This document shows positions 48,746 through 57,945 of a stretch of 64,000 bases of DNA, in pieces; the first letter of the stretch is position 1; each line of letters starts with the position of its first letter. The DNA comes from an uncultured euryarchaeote (GTDB lineage: Archaea; Thermoplasmatota; Poseidoniia; Poseidoniales; Poseidoniaceae), in NCBI GenBank assembly GCA_937899865.1, contig CALBRH010000054.1, forward strand, positions 23,603 to 87,602, written 5' to 3'. Made by a program: the position numbers and the translations under genes. The notes beneath the pieces are model-generated. The model saw only the letters and a list, made by a program, of their open reading frames with translations, had not been told where the DNA came from and did no database searches.

Positions 48746-49060
48746 TTACTTAGACTTCTTTTTTGGTTTTTTCTTTGGCTTTTCTTCGGGATTACCACTC
48801 ATACCAAGAATCTCATAGTTAGAAGGGAATAGTGCTATGATAACACCACCTAGCAATGCCATCAATCCCCAGAAAAACATCTGTCTAACAAATAGCATCT
48901 CCAAAGCTATGACACAAAGAAGCAATCCACCAATATTTGAAGTCCAAACTAATGTTTTGAATGTGGAAAGAGAAACTCCTGTTGTCCCTGGTTTTCGGTA
49001 AGGGCCAAACTCACCGCCAAAGCGTTGTGCATCGTTTTTGGCTTTGCCCTTGCTACTCAT
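48746..49060 (-). CDS. Small two-TM hypothetical protein
   Basis: Two hydrophobic helices and a Lys-rich tail; in the minus-strand operon. Confidence 0.65.
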   Translation of the reverse strand: MSSKGKAKNDAQRFGGEFGPYRKPGTTGVSLSTFKTLVWTSNIGGLLLCVIALEMLFVRQMFFWGLMALLGGVIIALFPSNYEILGMSGNPEEKPKKKPKKKSK

Positions 49061-49064
49061 TTAA

Positions 49065-49397
49065 TCACCTATCAATCATTGAAATAGCATCTGTAGGACA
49101 AGCAAGAACACATAGCCTACATCCTGTACAAGCATCTCTGATAATTTTTGCTTTACGATTAGATTCTACATTCATCAATGGACTTAGCATAGGAACCTTG
49201 TAGAGTTCAATCGCATTATCATCGCAAACAATGTCACATTGATCACAACCGATACATAATCGCTCTTGAACAAAAGCAACAGTATTCTCGCCTCCTTTCA
49301 ATGATGAATGTTGAACACTACGCTGACGATTTAACGAAGTTCTAATACGCAAGGCTTCTTTTTCCCTGCGCTTTTTCAAGTCCTCATTTGATGTCAT
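49065..49397 (-). CDS. 2x[4Fe-4S] ferredoxin-like protein
   Basis: CIGCDQCDIVC and CTGCRLCVLACP. Confidence 0.88.
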   Translation of the reverse strand: MTSNEDLKKRREKEALRIRTSLNRQRSVQHSSLKGGENTVAFVQERLCIGCDQCDIVCDDNAIELYKVPMLSPLMNVESNRKAKIIRDACTGCRLCVLACPTDAISMIDR

Positions 49398-50068
49398 TCA
49401 TACACCCCGACGGAGGCCTTCTCTTCAAACCTAACGACTGTCATATTGACTAATAAGTCACCTAAACAATAGAATGCACCAACTAATAAAGGGGGATTCC
49501 AAGCGGTCAATCCAGTCCATGGCACCTCATTTGCCCAAGTCCAATTGCCTAATTGTGTACCAACTATTTCCATAACTAATGCTGCCCAAGCCATTGAAGC
49601 ATACAAACAAGGTTGTGGGCCATATTTGGTAAATGCAAGTACCATGATTAGCAATAGTGTGGCTGAAGTATCAGTTCCATCCCATACCCCGAATGCAACC
49701 ATCGGAATGAATGGAAGCAGAATTGGCATGGCTAACTTTTGATCAAACTTACTCGCTATTATTCTGCCTAAATCGAATAGGAAATAGTGGCCTGCGGGAA
49801 CAAATAATGGCATTAATCCTCTTTGATATTCGTAAATTTTCCAAACCTCACTAAAGAATAACTCCATTGGGGTAGCAAAAGCAAGAACTGTCAACATCTC
49901 TATTCTTTCTTTACGATTGGTAGACTTGTAAATATAGCCAAATACTGACCAACACCAAATGTTCACTGGCCATTCTGCCATGTTATCAGGCATTAGTCCG
50001 CCAAATGCAGTGGCAGATACCCACAACCCTACAAGGATGGTTAGTGAGTATAACCATGCTCTGCCCAT
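49394..50068 (-). CDS. Hypothetical polytopic membrane protein
   Basis: Six to seven hydrophobic segments; 4-nt overlap with the ferredoxin gene. Confidence 0.75.
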   Translation of the reverse strand: MGRAWLYSLTILVGLWVSATAFGGLMPDNMAEWPVNIWCWSVFGYIYKSTNRKERIEMLTVLAFATPMELFFSEVWKIYEYQRGLMPLFVPAGHYFLFDLGRIIASKFDQKLAMPILLPFIPMVAFGVWDGTDTSATLLLIMVLAFTKYGPQPCLYASMAWAALVMEIVGTQLGNWTWANEVPWTGLTAWNPPLLVGAFYCLGDLLVNMTVVRFEEKASVGVYE

Positions 50069-50121
50069 ATCTCTCCGAGAACTTGTTCAGTATAATCATG
50101 TATTCTTTCTGACAATAAAAA

Positions 50122-51333
50122 TCAATCTTGGTAAGCAGAGAATTCTTTGCCCATTGCTAGCATGGAAAGTTCTGCCACTAAGGTGTGCCAACCATGAGCA
50201 TTTTCACCATACAAATTGCCAATATTTGAGTAACTTTGGAATGATGCACTTGGAGAGTTTAGATTCTCAATATCGCTTTTCTTTTCATTGATACGATAGA
50301 ACCACGAGGCTGCTTGACCATCAACCAAGTAAACTACTGGCTCTACTGGACCGCCATTTTCAGTTTCCAGCCTAGTAGGAATTCCTTCTTGAATCAGAAA
50401 GTTTTCAACTTCTACTCCACCTTTAGAATACATTAATTTCTTCATTTTCCTATTAGATAACGATAATAATTCCTCACCACTTTTTACCGACAGAATTCCT
50501 AAACCATAGGTTCCGCTATCATTCTTGATGAATACTACTGGTTCTCTGTCAATTCCCAATGAAGCGTATCTATCCCTTATCTTGTTGATAAATTCATCAA
50601 CTTCTGCAGCAAGTTCTATTCGACAAGATTCTCTGTCTAAGCACTTATCCATGGAGACGAACCAATCAGTAATTAGACTCCATGAGTCAATTCCTAACAA
50701 CTCTGCTATTTCTTCGACATATTCACTCAAAGCTTCATAATGGTGTGATTTCTTCCTTTTATGCCAACCCATAACAGGAGGGGGTGAAACTCTACCAGTC
50801 CCAAGTCCTGGTACTATTCCTTCAGTAAGGTCGTTATTTAATAAAATCAAATCAGGCCTAAATCCATCGATCACAATGCTTTCCTGGCCATCGATTTCTT
50901 GTATCTCAACTACATCAAGTTTGAGTGGCCCAGAAAGGCCATCAATCGAGCCGTGGTCACTTAATTCTGGTGAACCAACAGTACACCTAAAACCGGCTTT
51001 TTCTATCAATCTATGCAACGTTGTTAGGTTTTCCACATATGCTGCATTCCTAGTATGAGATTCAGGATATAGGTGTATCCATTGACATTTATTATCGCGA
51101 CGATTGATATGATTTTTTAGTAATGCAGCTAAATGCTCCTCATCTTCCGAGGCAACATTATTGAATCCCGCAGGAAAGTGATTGGCATCTACTACTGCAA
51201 TTTTCCATCCTGCATCTCTAACATCAACACTGCCATAAATTGGAATAGGGACTTCAGAACGTTTAGTATTCATCCAATCAGTAATTTCTTGGCGCTTAGA
51301 CTCTAACAACTGATTCAATTCATTAAGTTTCAT
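50122..51333 (-). CDS. gshA: Glutamate-cysteine ligase, GshA (ATP-grasp-like, PF08886-type)
   Basis: PIYGSVDVRDAGWKIAVVDANHFPAGFNN, PESHTRN..Y, LLNNDL, IKNDSGTYGLGI, LIQEG. Confidence 0.82.
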   Translation of the reverse strand: MKLNELNQLLESKRQEITDWMNTKRSEVPIPIYGSVDVRDAGWKIAVVDANHFPAGFNNVASEDEEHLAALLKNHINRRDNKCQWIHLYPESHTRNAAYVENLTTLHRLIEKAGFRCTVGSPELSDHGSIDGLSGPLKLDVVEIQEIDGQESIVIDGFRPDLILLNNDLTEGIVPGLGTGRVSPPPVMGWHKRKKSHHYEALSEYVEEIAELLGIDSWSLITDWFVSMDKCLDRESCRIELAAEVDEFINKIRDRYASLGIDREPVVFIKNDSGTYGLGILSVKSGEELLSLSNRKMKKLMYSKGGVEVENFLIQEGIPTRLETENGGPVEPVVYLVDGQAASWFYRINEKKSDIENLNSPSASFQSYSNIGNLYGENAHGWHTLVAELSMLAMGKEFSAYQD

Positions 51334-53099
51334 ACTAAAACCTCCTCAATTAACGACTCTATAGAAAATTTTACCCGTTTATGTGCTGGTTCAATTATGT
51401 GTAGAGCCTCGAATAATCCAAGACCTAAAGCCATATCAGGTTGATTTTTCAATACCTTGGTAAATTTGCTATACTTATTCGATAAATCTTTAGAGAAATG
51501 AGAAAATTCTGTAAGGAACGATTTCAATTGGTTAGGGGAAGTTGCAGTTCCCGCCGGCAATTTAGGTCGATCTGTGATATCTCTTGATAGTCCTGTCAAC
51601 CTTGCAGCACTACGTAATGCCGCTTTTTCCAAGCCCATATTCGGCAGACGCCATTCTGTTGGTAAACGATAAGATTGTTCACGGTGATACTTTCCAAGGA
51701 AAGGAACTCTTACTTCTAAAGAGTGAGCCATAGAATGCCGGTCTACTAATCTAAGTTGGAAATTACTTAATTGTCCATGCTCTAATTCAAAGTTTAACAT
51801 TTCATCCAAATTTTTGGTGTAATCACTAGGATGTAAACTGCTTGAATACCAACATGAATCACTGGGTAAATCTCGTTTAAGGATACTAGAAGTAACTGAA
51901 GGATCTATAGAATTTAATCTCTCAAGAACCAAGTTTTTGTGTTCTTTTAAGGACTTATATCGTGGATATCCTCCATGTATTTCGTCCGCTCCTTGACCGC
52001 ATAATCCTACTTTGACATGCTTTCTCATCTCTTGGAATAATGGTTGGAAAAATAATACTGAAACATCTAAATCTTCACCAAACCAAGATAGTTGAGGAAT
52101 ATCATTGAAAAATGAATCCTCTGTCATTATTTTTTGATGATGTATCAAATTTAGAGATGATGCGACATTCTCTGCTGCAATCCAATCTGGATTATCTTCA
52201 CTTTCTGCAACTGTCCAACATTCAGGTACTGGTTTCCCTTCACGCTCTGCAGCTTCACTAGCAACTGCTGCTACTAAAGATGAATCAAGCCCGCCAGATA
52301 AAACAATACCAACTGGAACATCAGCCATCAATCTCTCTTGAACACTTACTGTAAAAGATTCTAAAAGAGGCTTAGCACTAATATTAGGATTCCAACTCGA
52401 GGTTGGATTAAGTTTCTGGCGTTCAAAACTCGAAACTGAATATAAGAATGGTTTGAATTCATCATCTAATCTCCAAACTTCAACTGTTCCAGGTCTAACT
52501 TGGTGTACATCCTCAATTAGAGTAGAGGAATCAAGTGTATATTCCCATGACAAACGTAATGCTAAAGATAATTCATCGAGTTTGGGATTATAGGATTCGT
52601 GTGCATGAAATGCTTTCATTTCACTAGCAAAAAGAAGGCTACCACCTATATTACAACGAACTAATGGCTTTATTCCAAGTGGGTCACGAGCTAAAATCAA
52701 TTCCTTTCTATTTGCATCCCAGAGTGCGAAACTAAACATCCCGTTGAGTTTTTTAATCCATTTTGTATGCATGTCGCCACCACCATTTTTGATGAAATTA
52801 TCATGTAATGCAATGATTACCTCTGAATCTCCAGAAGTTTGCCATCGATAGTTTAGTTTGGCTCTATAATCAAGGTGGTTGTAAATTTCTCCATTAGCAA
52901 TTAATACCGTACCATTATTGCCAATTATTGGCTGACTACTACCTACAAGGTCAACAATTGACAGTCGGGTGTGGCCAAGTGCTATGTCTGAATCTTGCCA
53001 AATTCCATTTCCATCTGGACCCCTATGTGAAAGAATGCTAACCATCCTCTGTATCACAACTTCATCTGGTGATGCAAACATCCCAGATATACCGCACAT
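51330..53099 (-). CDS. asnB: Asparagine synthase (glutamine-hydrolysing) family amidotransferase
   Basis: MCGI, HRGPDG, RLSIVD, NGEIYN, LSGGLDSS, GQGADEIHGGY, SLEVRVPFL. Confidence 0.92.
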   Translation of the reverse strand: MCGISGMFASPDEVVIQRMVSILSHRGPDGNGIWQDSDIALGHTRLSIVDLVGSSQPIIGNNGTVLIANGEIYNHLDYRAKLNYRWQTSGDSEVIIALHDNFIKNGGGDMHTKWIKKLNGMFSFALWDANRKELILARDPLGIKPLVRCNIGGSLLFASEMKAFHAHESYNPKLDELSLALRLSWEYTLDSSTLIEDVHQVRPGTVEVWRLDDEFKPFLYSVSSFERQKLNPTSSWNPNISAKPLLESFTVSVQERLMADVPVGIVLSGGLDSSLVAAVASEAAEREGKPVPECWTVAESEDNPDWIAAENVASSLNLIHHQKIMTEDSFFNDIPQLSWFGEDLDVSVLFFQPLFQEMRKHVKVGLCGQGADEIHGGYPRYKSLKEHKNLVLERLNSIDPSVTSSILKRDLPSDSCWYSSSLHPSDYTKNLDEMLNFELEHGQLSNFQLRLVDRHSMAHSLEVRVPFLGKYHREQSYRLPTEWRLPNMGLEKAALRSAARLTGLSRDITDRPKLPAGTATSPNQLKSFLTEFSHFSKDLSNKYSKFTKVLKNQPDMALGLGLFEALHIIEPAHKRVKFSIESLIEEVLV

Positions 53100-53149
53100 A
53101 GACCAAGGTATGGGATTCTTTATTTGAAGAATCGCTTTCTACCTTATTA

Positions 53150-53263
53150 TTACCATAGAGGATAAGCGAACATTGCTACACCAAGTAGAATTATCGACAA
53201 AGCATATACAAAATAATACGCGCTTTGTGGCGGATCTGAGTAATTGCCATCACTTTCTTCCAT
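53150..53263 (-). CDS. Unannotated 37-aa single-pass membrane protein
   Basis: Manual translation MEESDGNYSDPPQSAVLFVYALSIILLGVAMFAYPLW*; purine-rich AGGAAGGA upstream; same strand as both neighbours. Confidence 0.55.
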   Translation of the reverse strand: MEESDGNYSDPPQSAYYFVYALSIILLGVAMFAYPLW

Positions 53264-53310
53264 GCTGCTCAATCCTTCCTATACTAAACCGCATTTTAAC
53301 ATATTGAATA

Positions 53311-53946
53311 TTACATCACATTCAGAAATGGTTCTAGAGTTACTACTGCTACCAAAGGGATTAGTAGCATAGTAGCGTTATCATCTATGTAACGTAGTCT
53401 CGGTGTTTCTGCCAATACAGCGATTGGTGCAACGATCAAGCATACTATGATTGGCGTTCCAAATGCATACCAGCAAGCCAGCCAAATACCCAATACGAAT
53501 ACGCAGGCTGCCAAAATGACAGTCTTTGAGTCCATACCTTTTCTGCGCAATTCACCCATGAAAGGGTCGCCAAATGTCAACGAGAAAATTAGAGGATAAG
53601 CATACTCTTTGGTTGGTGTTATGAGTAATACCAAACCTATAGCCAAAGCACCCCATGCAAGGGCTGACACCTGCTTTGATTCATATTCTCTTTGTCCAAA
53701 AACTGTGAAACCCAATTTCAATCTAATCCCTTCTCCAACTGCTGCAATAATTACAATACCAGCTACAACCTCATCTAAACTCATACCTACTGAATCTGCA
53801 AATGTTTCTCCGTATTCGAAATAAAGGATTGGAATAATGAACATTGCAAGGTGGAATAATCTTCTAAAAATATGGCCACTCATGCCTCCTACTGACAAAT
53901 CAACAGGATTTGTTAACTCAACTTGTTCACTCATTTTATTGCCCAC
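53311..53946 (-). CDS. Polyprenol/dolichol kinase-like (CTP-dependent) membrane protein
   Basis: RRLFH, REYE, FGDP, DDN motifs in a multi-TM protein. Confidence 0.65.
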   Translation of the reverse strand: MGNKMSEQVELTNPVDLSVGGMSGHIFRRLFHLAMFIIPILYFEYGETFADSVGMSLDEVVAGIVIIAAVGEGIRLKLGFTVFGQREYESKQVSALAWGALAIGLVLLITPTKEYAYPLIFSLTFGDPFMGELRRKGMDSKTVILAACVFVLGIWLACWYAFGTPIIVCLIVAPIAVLAETPRLRYIDDNATMLLIPLVAVVTLEPFLNVM

Positions 53947-54841
53947 CTAATATACTGATGGCTTCATCGATAGAAATTGAACCTATCGCCAATGAAGACA
54001 AAATTTTGTCCAAATCCGGAGCATCAAGTATTTTTCGTTCATAATGTGCAAGTAATCTCTCACGCCATCTCGCTCTTACGGAGCGACCTGAATCTGCCAA
54101 ATTCAACAACACGTGTGCAGCCTCTGCAATTCCTGTTTCATTTAATGCGGATGTAAGTAAAACTGGAGGAGCATCCCCTAATCCTAATTCGAATGATTCT
54201 TGCAACTCTTCTGCGTGTTTTTCTGCTCCACTTAAATCAGATTTGTTTACTATAACTGCATCTGCCAATTCAAGTAAACCGGCCTTTTCAGCTTGAACAC
54301 CATCACCACGGGCTGGTCCTTCAATCACTACAATTCGATCTGCAATTGCTGCACACCTAACTTCTGACTGTCCTGAGCCAACTGTTTCGACAATCACTCT
54401 ATCCCACTTTGCAATATGCAAGAATTCAATCATGTCAGCAACAATTAACGGAACATTGCCTGATGATTTTCTAGTCGCAATTGACCTAATGTAAATTTTA
54501 TCTTTTAGCGCTTCATCATCCACTGAAGTAATTCTCACCCTATCTCCTAACAAAGCGCCACCAGTTCTTGGTGATGAAGGGTCAATAGCAAGTAAGGCTA
54601 TTTTCAAACCAGAATTTGCCCAAATACTCAATAGTTTATCGATTAAACATGACTTTCCAACACCAGGTGCTCCTGTTATCGCAAGAGAATTCCAACTTTT
54701 CGAATCACTTGGATTTCCTTCTATATTCAAAACTTGACGTATTTGCTCAATACTAATCTCACCATTCTCAATGAGGCTCAGCGTCCTAGCAAGTGACCTG
54801 CGACTACCATCAACAGCCTCATTGATTAGGTTCAAATCCAA
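53936..54841 (-). CDS. meaB: MeaB/ArgK GTPase (methylmalonyl-CoA mutase chaperone)
   Basis: ITGAPGVGKS, AIDPSSP.TGGALLGDR.R, ETVGSGQSE, NKSD. Confidence 0.93.
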   Translation of the reverse strand: MDLNLINEAVDGSRRSLARTLSLIENGEISIEQIRQVLNIEGNPSDSKSWNSLAITGAPGVGKSCLIDKLLSIWANSGLKIALLAIDPSSPRTGGALLGDRVRITSVDDEALKDKIYIRSIATRKSSGNVPLIVADMIEFLHIAKWDRVIVETVGSGQSEVRCAAIADRIVVIEGPARGDGVQAEKAGLLELADAVIVNKSDLSGAEKHAEELQESFELGLGDAPPVLLTSALNETGIAEAAHVLLNLADSGRSVRARWRERLLAHYERKILDAPDLDKILSSLAIGSISIDEAISILGGQ

Positions 54842-54850
54842 TTGCTCACC

Positions 54851-55297
54851 TCAAGCGGTTGATTCCCACTGCCATTTATTTTCTGCACCAACTCCAACGT
54901 CAGTCATTTTAGATGCAGTATCAATAAATTCAAGAATTTCATTTGTTGGTGTACCTGGACCAAAAATTGCTCTAATTCCACTTTCATGCAAAGCAGAACG
55001 GTCATCTTCAGGAATAATTCCTCCACCAAATACAATCACATCAGTGAGTCCTTCTTCAATTAGCAATTGACAAACTCTTGGAAATAAATGATTATGTGCG
55101 CCAGATAAGGAAGAAAGTCCCAAGAATTTGGCATCTTCATCTCTTACTGTTTCAACAATTTGCATTGCTGTTCTTCTAAGGCCGGTGTAAATTACCTCAT
55201 GACCTGCGTCCCTAAGTGTGCGTGCGACAACCTTAGCACCTCGGTCATGACCATCCAAGCCCGGTTTGGCGATGACAATGCGCAAGTTTTGGCCCAT
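54851..55297 (-). CDS. Methylmalonyl-CoA mutase cobalamin-binding subunit
   Basis: [33 protein letters not shown]. Confidence 0.94.
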   Translation of the reverse strand: MGQNLRIVIAKPGLDGHDRGAKVVARTLRDAGHEVIYTGLRRTAMQIVETVRDEDAKFLGLSSLSGAHNHLFPRVCQLLIEEGLTDVIVFGGGIIPEDDRSALHESGIRAIFGPGTPTNEILEFIDTASKMTDVGVGAENKWQWESTA

Positions 55298-55442
55298 GAT
55301 TAGTCTAAGTGTTCCTTACCTATCAAGAAAACCCTTGTTTATGCATTGCCACCATAATTTTAGGCCTAATCATAGTTGTTCGGACCTCATAATCACGGTA
55401 ATCAATAAAGGCGGCCTTGAGGTACATATTGCTGGGGAAGAC

Positions 55443-56996
55443 ATGCCTACAACTGAGGAAAGACTTCGAGACCTTAGAAACCGGAAGGCGCAAAGTGAAG
55501 CTGGAGGTGGGCAAAACCGTGTTGATGCTCAGCATAACAGAGGTAAATTAACCGCAAGAGAAAGGTTAGAAATTCTCCTAGACGATGGTACTTTTCAAGA
55601 AATTGATGCGCTTGTAGAACACAGATGTAGAGATTTTGATATGGATAAGAACGTTATTCCCGGTGATGGAGTAGTGACAGGCCATGGTTGTATCAATGGT
55701 AGAGAAGTTTTTGCTTTCGCACAAGATTTCACAGTATATGGTGGCTCTTTGGGTGAAATGCATGGTTTGAAAATTTGTAAAGTTCTTGATATGGCGCTAA
55801 AAACAGGCAAACCAGTAATTGGATTGAATGATAGTGGTGGAGCACGTATTCAAGAGGGTGTAGCATCATTAGGAAGTTATGCAGAAATTTTCTTTCGAAA
55901 TGTTAGAGCATCTGGTGTTGTCCCGCAAATTTCTGTAATTATGGGTCCATGTGCTGGTGGAGCAGTTTACTCTCCAGCAATAACTGATTTTGTAATAATG
56001 GTTGATCAAACGGCTCACATGTTTATCACTGGCCCAGAGGTTATCAAAACTGTAACCAATGAAGTGGTCTCGTTTGAAGAACTTGGAGGAGCAATGACTC
56101 ATGGTAGTCGTTCTGGTGTATCGCATTTTACTGCTGAAGATGATGAATCAGCAATTCAATTAGCCAGAGATTTATGTGATATGTTGCCATCTAATAACTT
56201 GGAAAAAGCACCGACAAAGAAAACCTCTGACCCGGTAAACAGAGCGTGTGATAAACTTGACACAATAATTCCTGATGAATCAAACAAACCATACGATGTA
56301 GTCGATGTAATTTCAGAAGTTCTCGATGATAATGGATTTATGGAAGTTCAAGCGGATTGGGCACAAAATATTGTAATTGGATTTGGCCACTTAAATGGAC
56401 ACACCGTTGGAGTTGTTGCCAATCAACCTAAGATTTTAGCAGGATGTTTGGATATTGATGCTAGCGATAAAGCAGCAAGATTCGTTAGATTTTGTGACGC
56501 TTTCAACATCCCGCTAATTACTTTTGAAGATGTACCTGGATTCTTACCTGGAACTAATCAAGAGTGGGGAGGAATAATCCGACACGGTGCTAAGTTACTC
56601 TATGCTTTTGCTGAAGCAACCGTACCAAAATTGACTGTTATTTTGCGTAAAGCATACGGTGGAGCTTACGATGTAATGTCCTCAAAACATATTCGTGGAG
56701 ACTACAATGTTGCTTGGCCATCAGCTGAATTAGCTGTAATGGGTGCAGATGGGGCAGTAGAAATTATTCATCGACGAAGACTGAAAAGTGCAAGAAATCC
56801 TGAACAGGAAAGAGTTAGACTTACCGAGGATTTCAATGAAAAGTTTGCTAACCCATACAAGGCAGCCGCACTTGGCTATATTGATGATGTGATAGAACCT
56901 AGTGAAACTCGAACTAAACTTGCACGTGCGCTTGAAATGTTGATGGATAAAGAAGAATTAAGACCTGCGAGAAAGCATGGTAATATCCCATTGTGA
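55443..56996 (+). CDS. pccB: Acyl-CoA carboxyltransferase (PccB/MmdA family)
   Basis: [54 protein letters not shown]; ATG 55443 (MPTTEE) preferred over 55266. Confidence 0.93.
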   Translation: MPTTEERLRDLRNRKAQSEAGGGQNRVDAQHNRGKLTARERLEILLDDGTFQEIDALVEHRCRDFDMDKNVIPGDGVVTGHGCINGREVFAFAQDFTVYGGSLGEMHGLKICKVLDMALKTGKPVIGLNDSGGARIQEGVASLGSYAEIFFRNVRASGVVPQISVIMGPCAGGAVYSPAITDFVIMVDQTAHMFITGPEVIKTVTNEVVSFEELGGAMTHGSRSGVSHFTAEDDESAIQLARDLCDMLPSNNLEKAPTKKTSDPVNRACDKLDTIIPDESNKPYDVVDVISEVLDDNGFMEVQADWAQNIVIGFGHLNGHTVGVVANQPKILAGCLDIDASDKAARFVRFCDAFNIPLITFEDVPGFLPGTNQEWGGIIRHGAKLLYAFAEATVPKLTVILRKAYGGAYDVMSSKHIRGDYNVAWPSAELAVMGADGAVEIIHRRRLKSARNPEQERVRLTEDFNEKFANPYKAAALGYIDDVIEPSETRTKLARALEMLMDKEELRPARKHGNIPL

Positions 56997-57005
56997 GGAC
57001 TTGTT

Positions 57006-57194
57006 ATGACGGATGAAGCTACTTTGAGAATTGCTGCAATATGTGCTGTTTTATCCATTGTAGAGAATCAAGGTGACGACAGCTCTCAAGTTGGTAGGAA
57101 ATCTGGTCAAGCTTGGACTCAAGATCACATTAGAATGAATATGGGATTGAATACTCTAATGAATAGAAATTCAGCGAGATCCCCATGGAGGTGA
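57006..57194 (+). CDS. Small accessory subunit of the acyl-CoA carboxylase/decarboxylase (epsilon/PccX-like)
   Basis: AAI.AVL...W...R pattern; lies between the carboxyltransferase and the biotin carrier. Confidence 0.55.
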   Translation: MTDEATLRIAAICAVLSIVENQGDDSSQVGRKSGQAWTQDHIRMNMGLNTLMNRNSARSPWR

Positions 57195-57198
57195 AAAA

Positions 57199-57597
57199 AT
57201 GACCGAAATAAAAAAAGTAATCGTTAATGGTATTGAATACGAAGTTTCGGTAGATGTATCAGATGATGGCAAATGGCACGCTACCGTTGAAGATACAACT
57301 TATGAAATTGAAATTCCAGATTCTGGACCAGTGGTCAAAAAGAAGAGAACTGGTAGTGGAAAGAAAAAGAAATCTGGCACAGTATCTGCTAATATTCCAG
57401 GAAAAATTGTTACTATTGAGGTAGAAGTCGGCCAAGAAGTTTCAGAAGGTCAAGTTATCTTAATTCTTGAAGCAATGAAAATGCAGAATGAAATTCAAGC
57501 ACCAGTTTCTGGAACTGTTATTTCTGTTAATTGTGATGAAGGTCAATCCATAGAAGCAAATATTCCATTAGTAGTTATTGAACCAAATGAGGAATGA
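57199..57597 (+). CDS. Biotin carboxyl carrier protein
   Basis: EAMKM biotinylation motif; V.VNG.EYEV N-terminus. Confidence 0.93.
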   Translation: MTEIKKVIVNGIEYEVSVDVSDDGKWHATVEDTTYEIEIPDSGPVVKKKRTGSGKKKKSGTVSANIPGKIVTIEVEVGQEVSEGQVILILEAMKMQNEIQAPVSGTVISVNCDEGQSIEANIPLVVIEPNEE

Positions 57598-57631
57598 TTG
57601 TGTTTTTGACTTGTAAGATACGACCATTAAA

Positions 57632-57895
57632 GTGGAACCAGTAGTAGGGACGATTATGGCGGCGGAAACTGTATGCGATTTTCCTGGGTGCGGGAAAGTT
57701 GGAGAAATAGTTTCTCGATTGTCTCCTGAAGGATACTTGGTAGCCACTGGTAAGAAAGCATATTCATTTAGAGAAGCATACAGAAGATTTCACTACTGTC
57801 AACAATGCCATGACGAGTTGATGGGTGGAGTATGGTCAAGAGTTAGAAAACCTGATGACAAAAATGATGGACATGTCGCTCCCACAGCGATTTGA
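57632..57895 (+). CDS. Small putative zinc-binding hypothetical protein
   Basis: CDFPGC and CQQC pairs. Confidence 0.55.
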   Translation: MEPVVGTIMAAETVCDFPGCGKVGEIVSRLSPEGYLVATGKKAYSFREAYRRFHYCQQCHDELMGGVWSRVRKPDDKNDGHVAPTAI

Positions 57896-57945
57896 GTTGC
57901 TTCTATTTGGGAGAACATCTTAAACTAGTATACCTTGGAATAACC

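Noticed and set aside
55266-55442. N-terminal extension of the carboxyltransferase
   Set aside because: It overlaps the divergent mutase gene and the shared promoter gap; homology begins at MPTTEE (55443).
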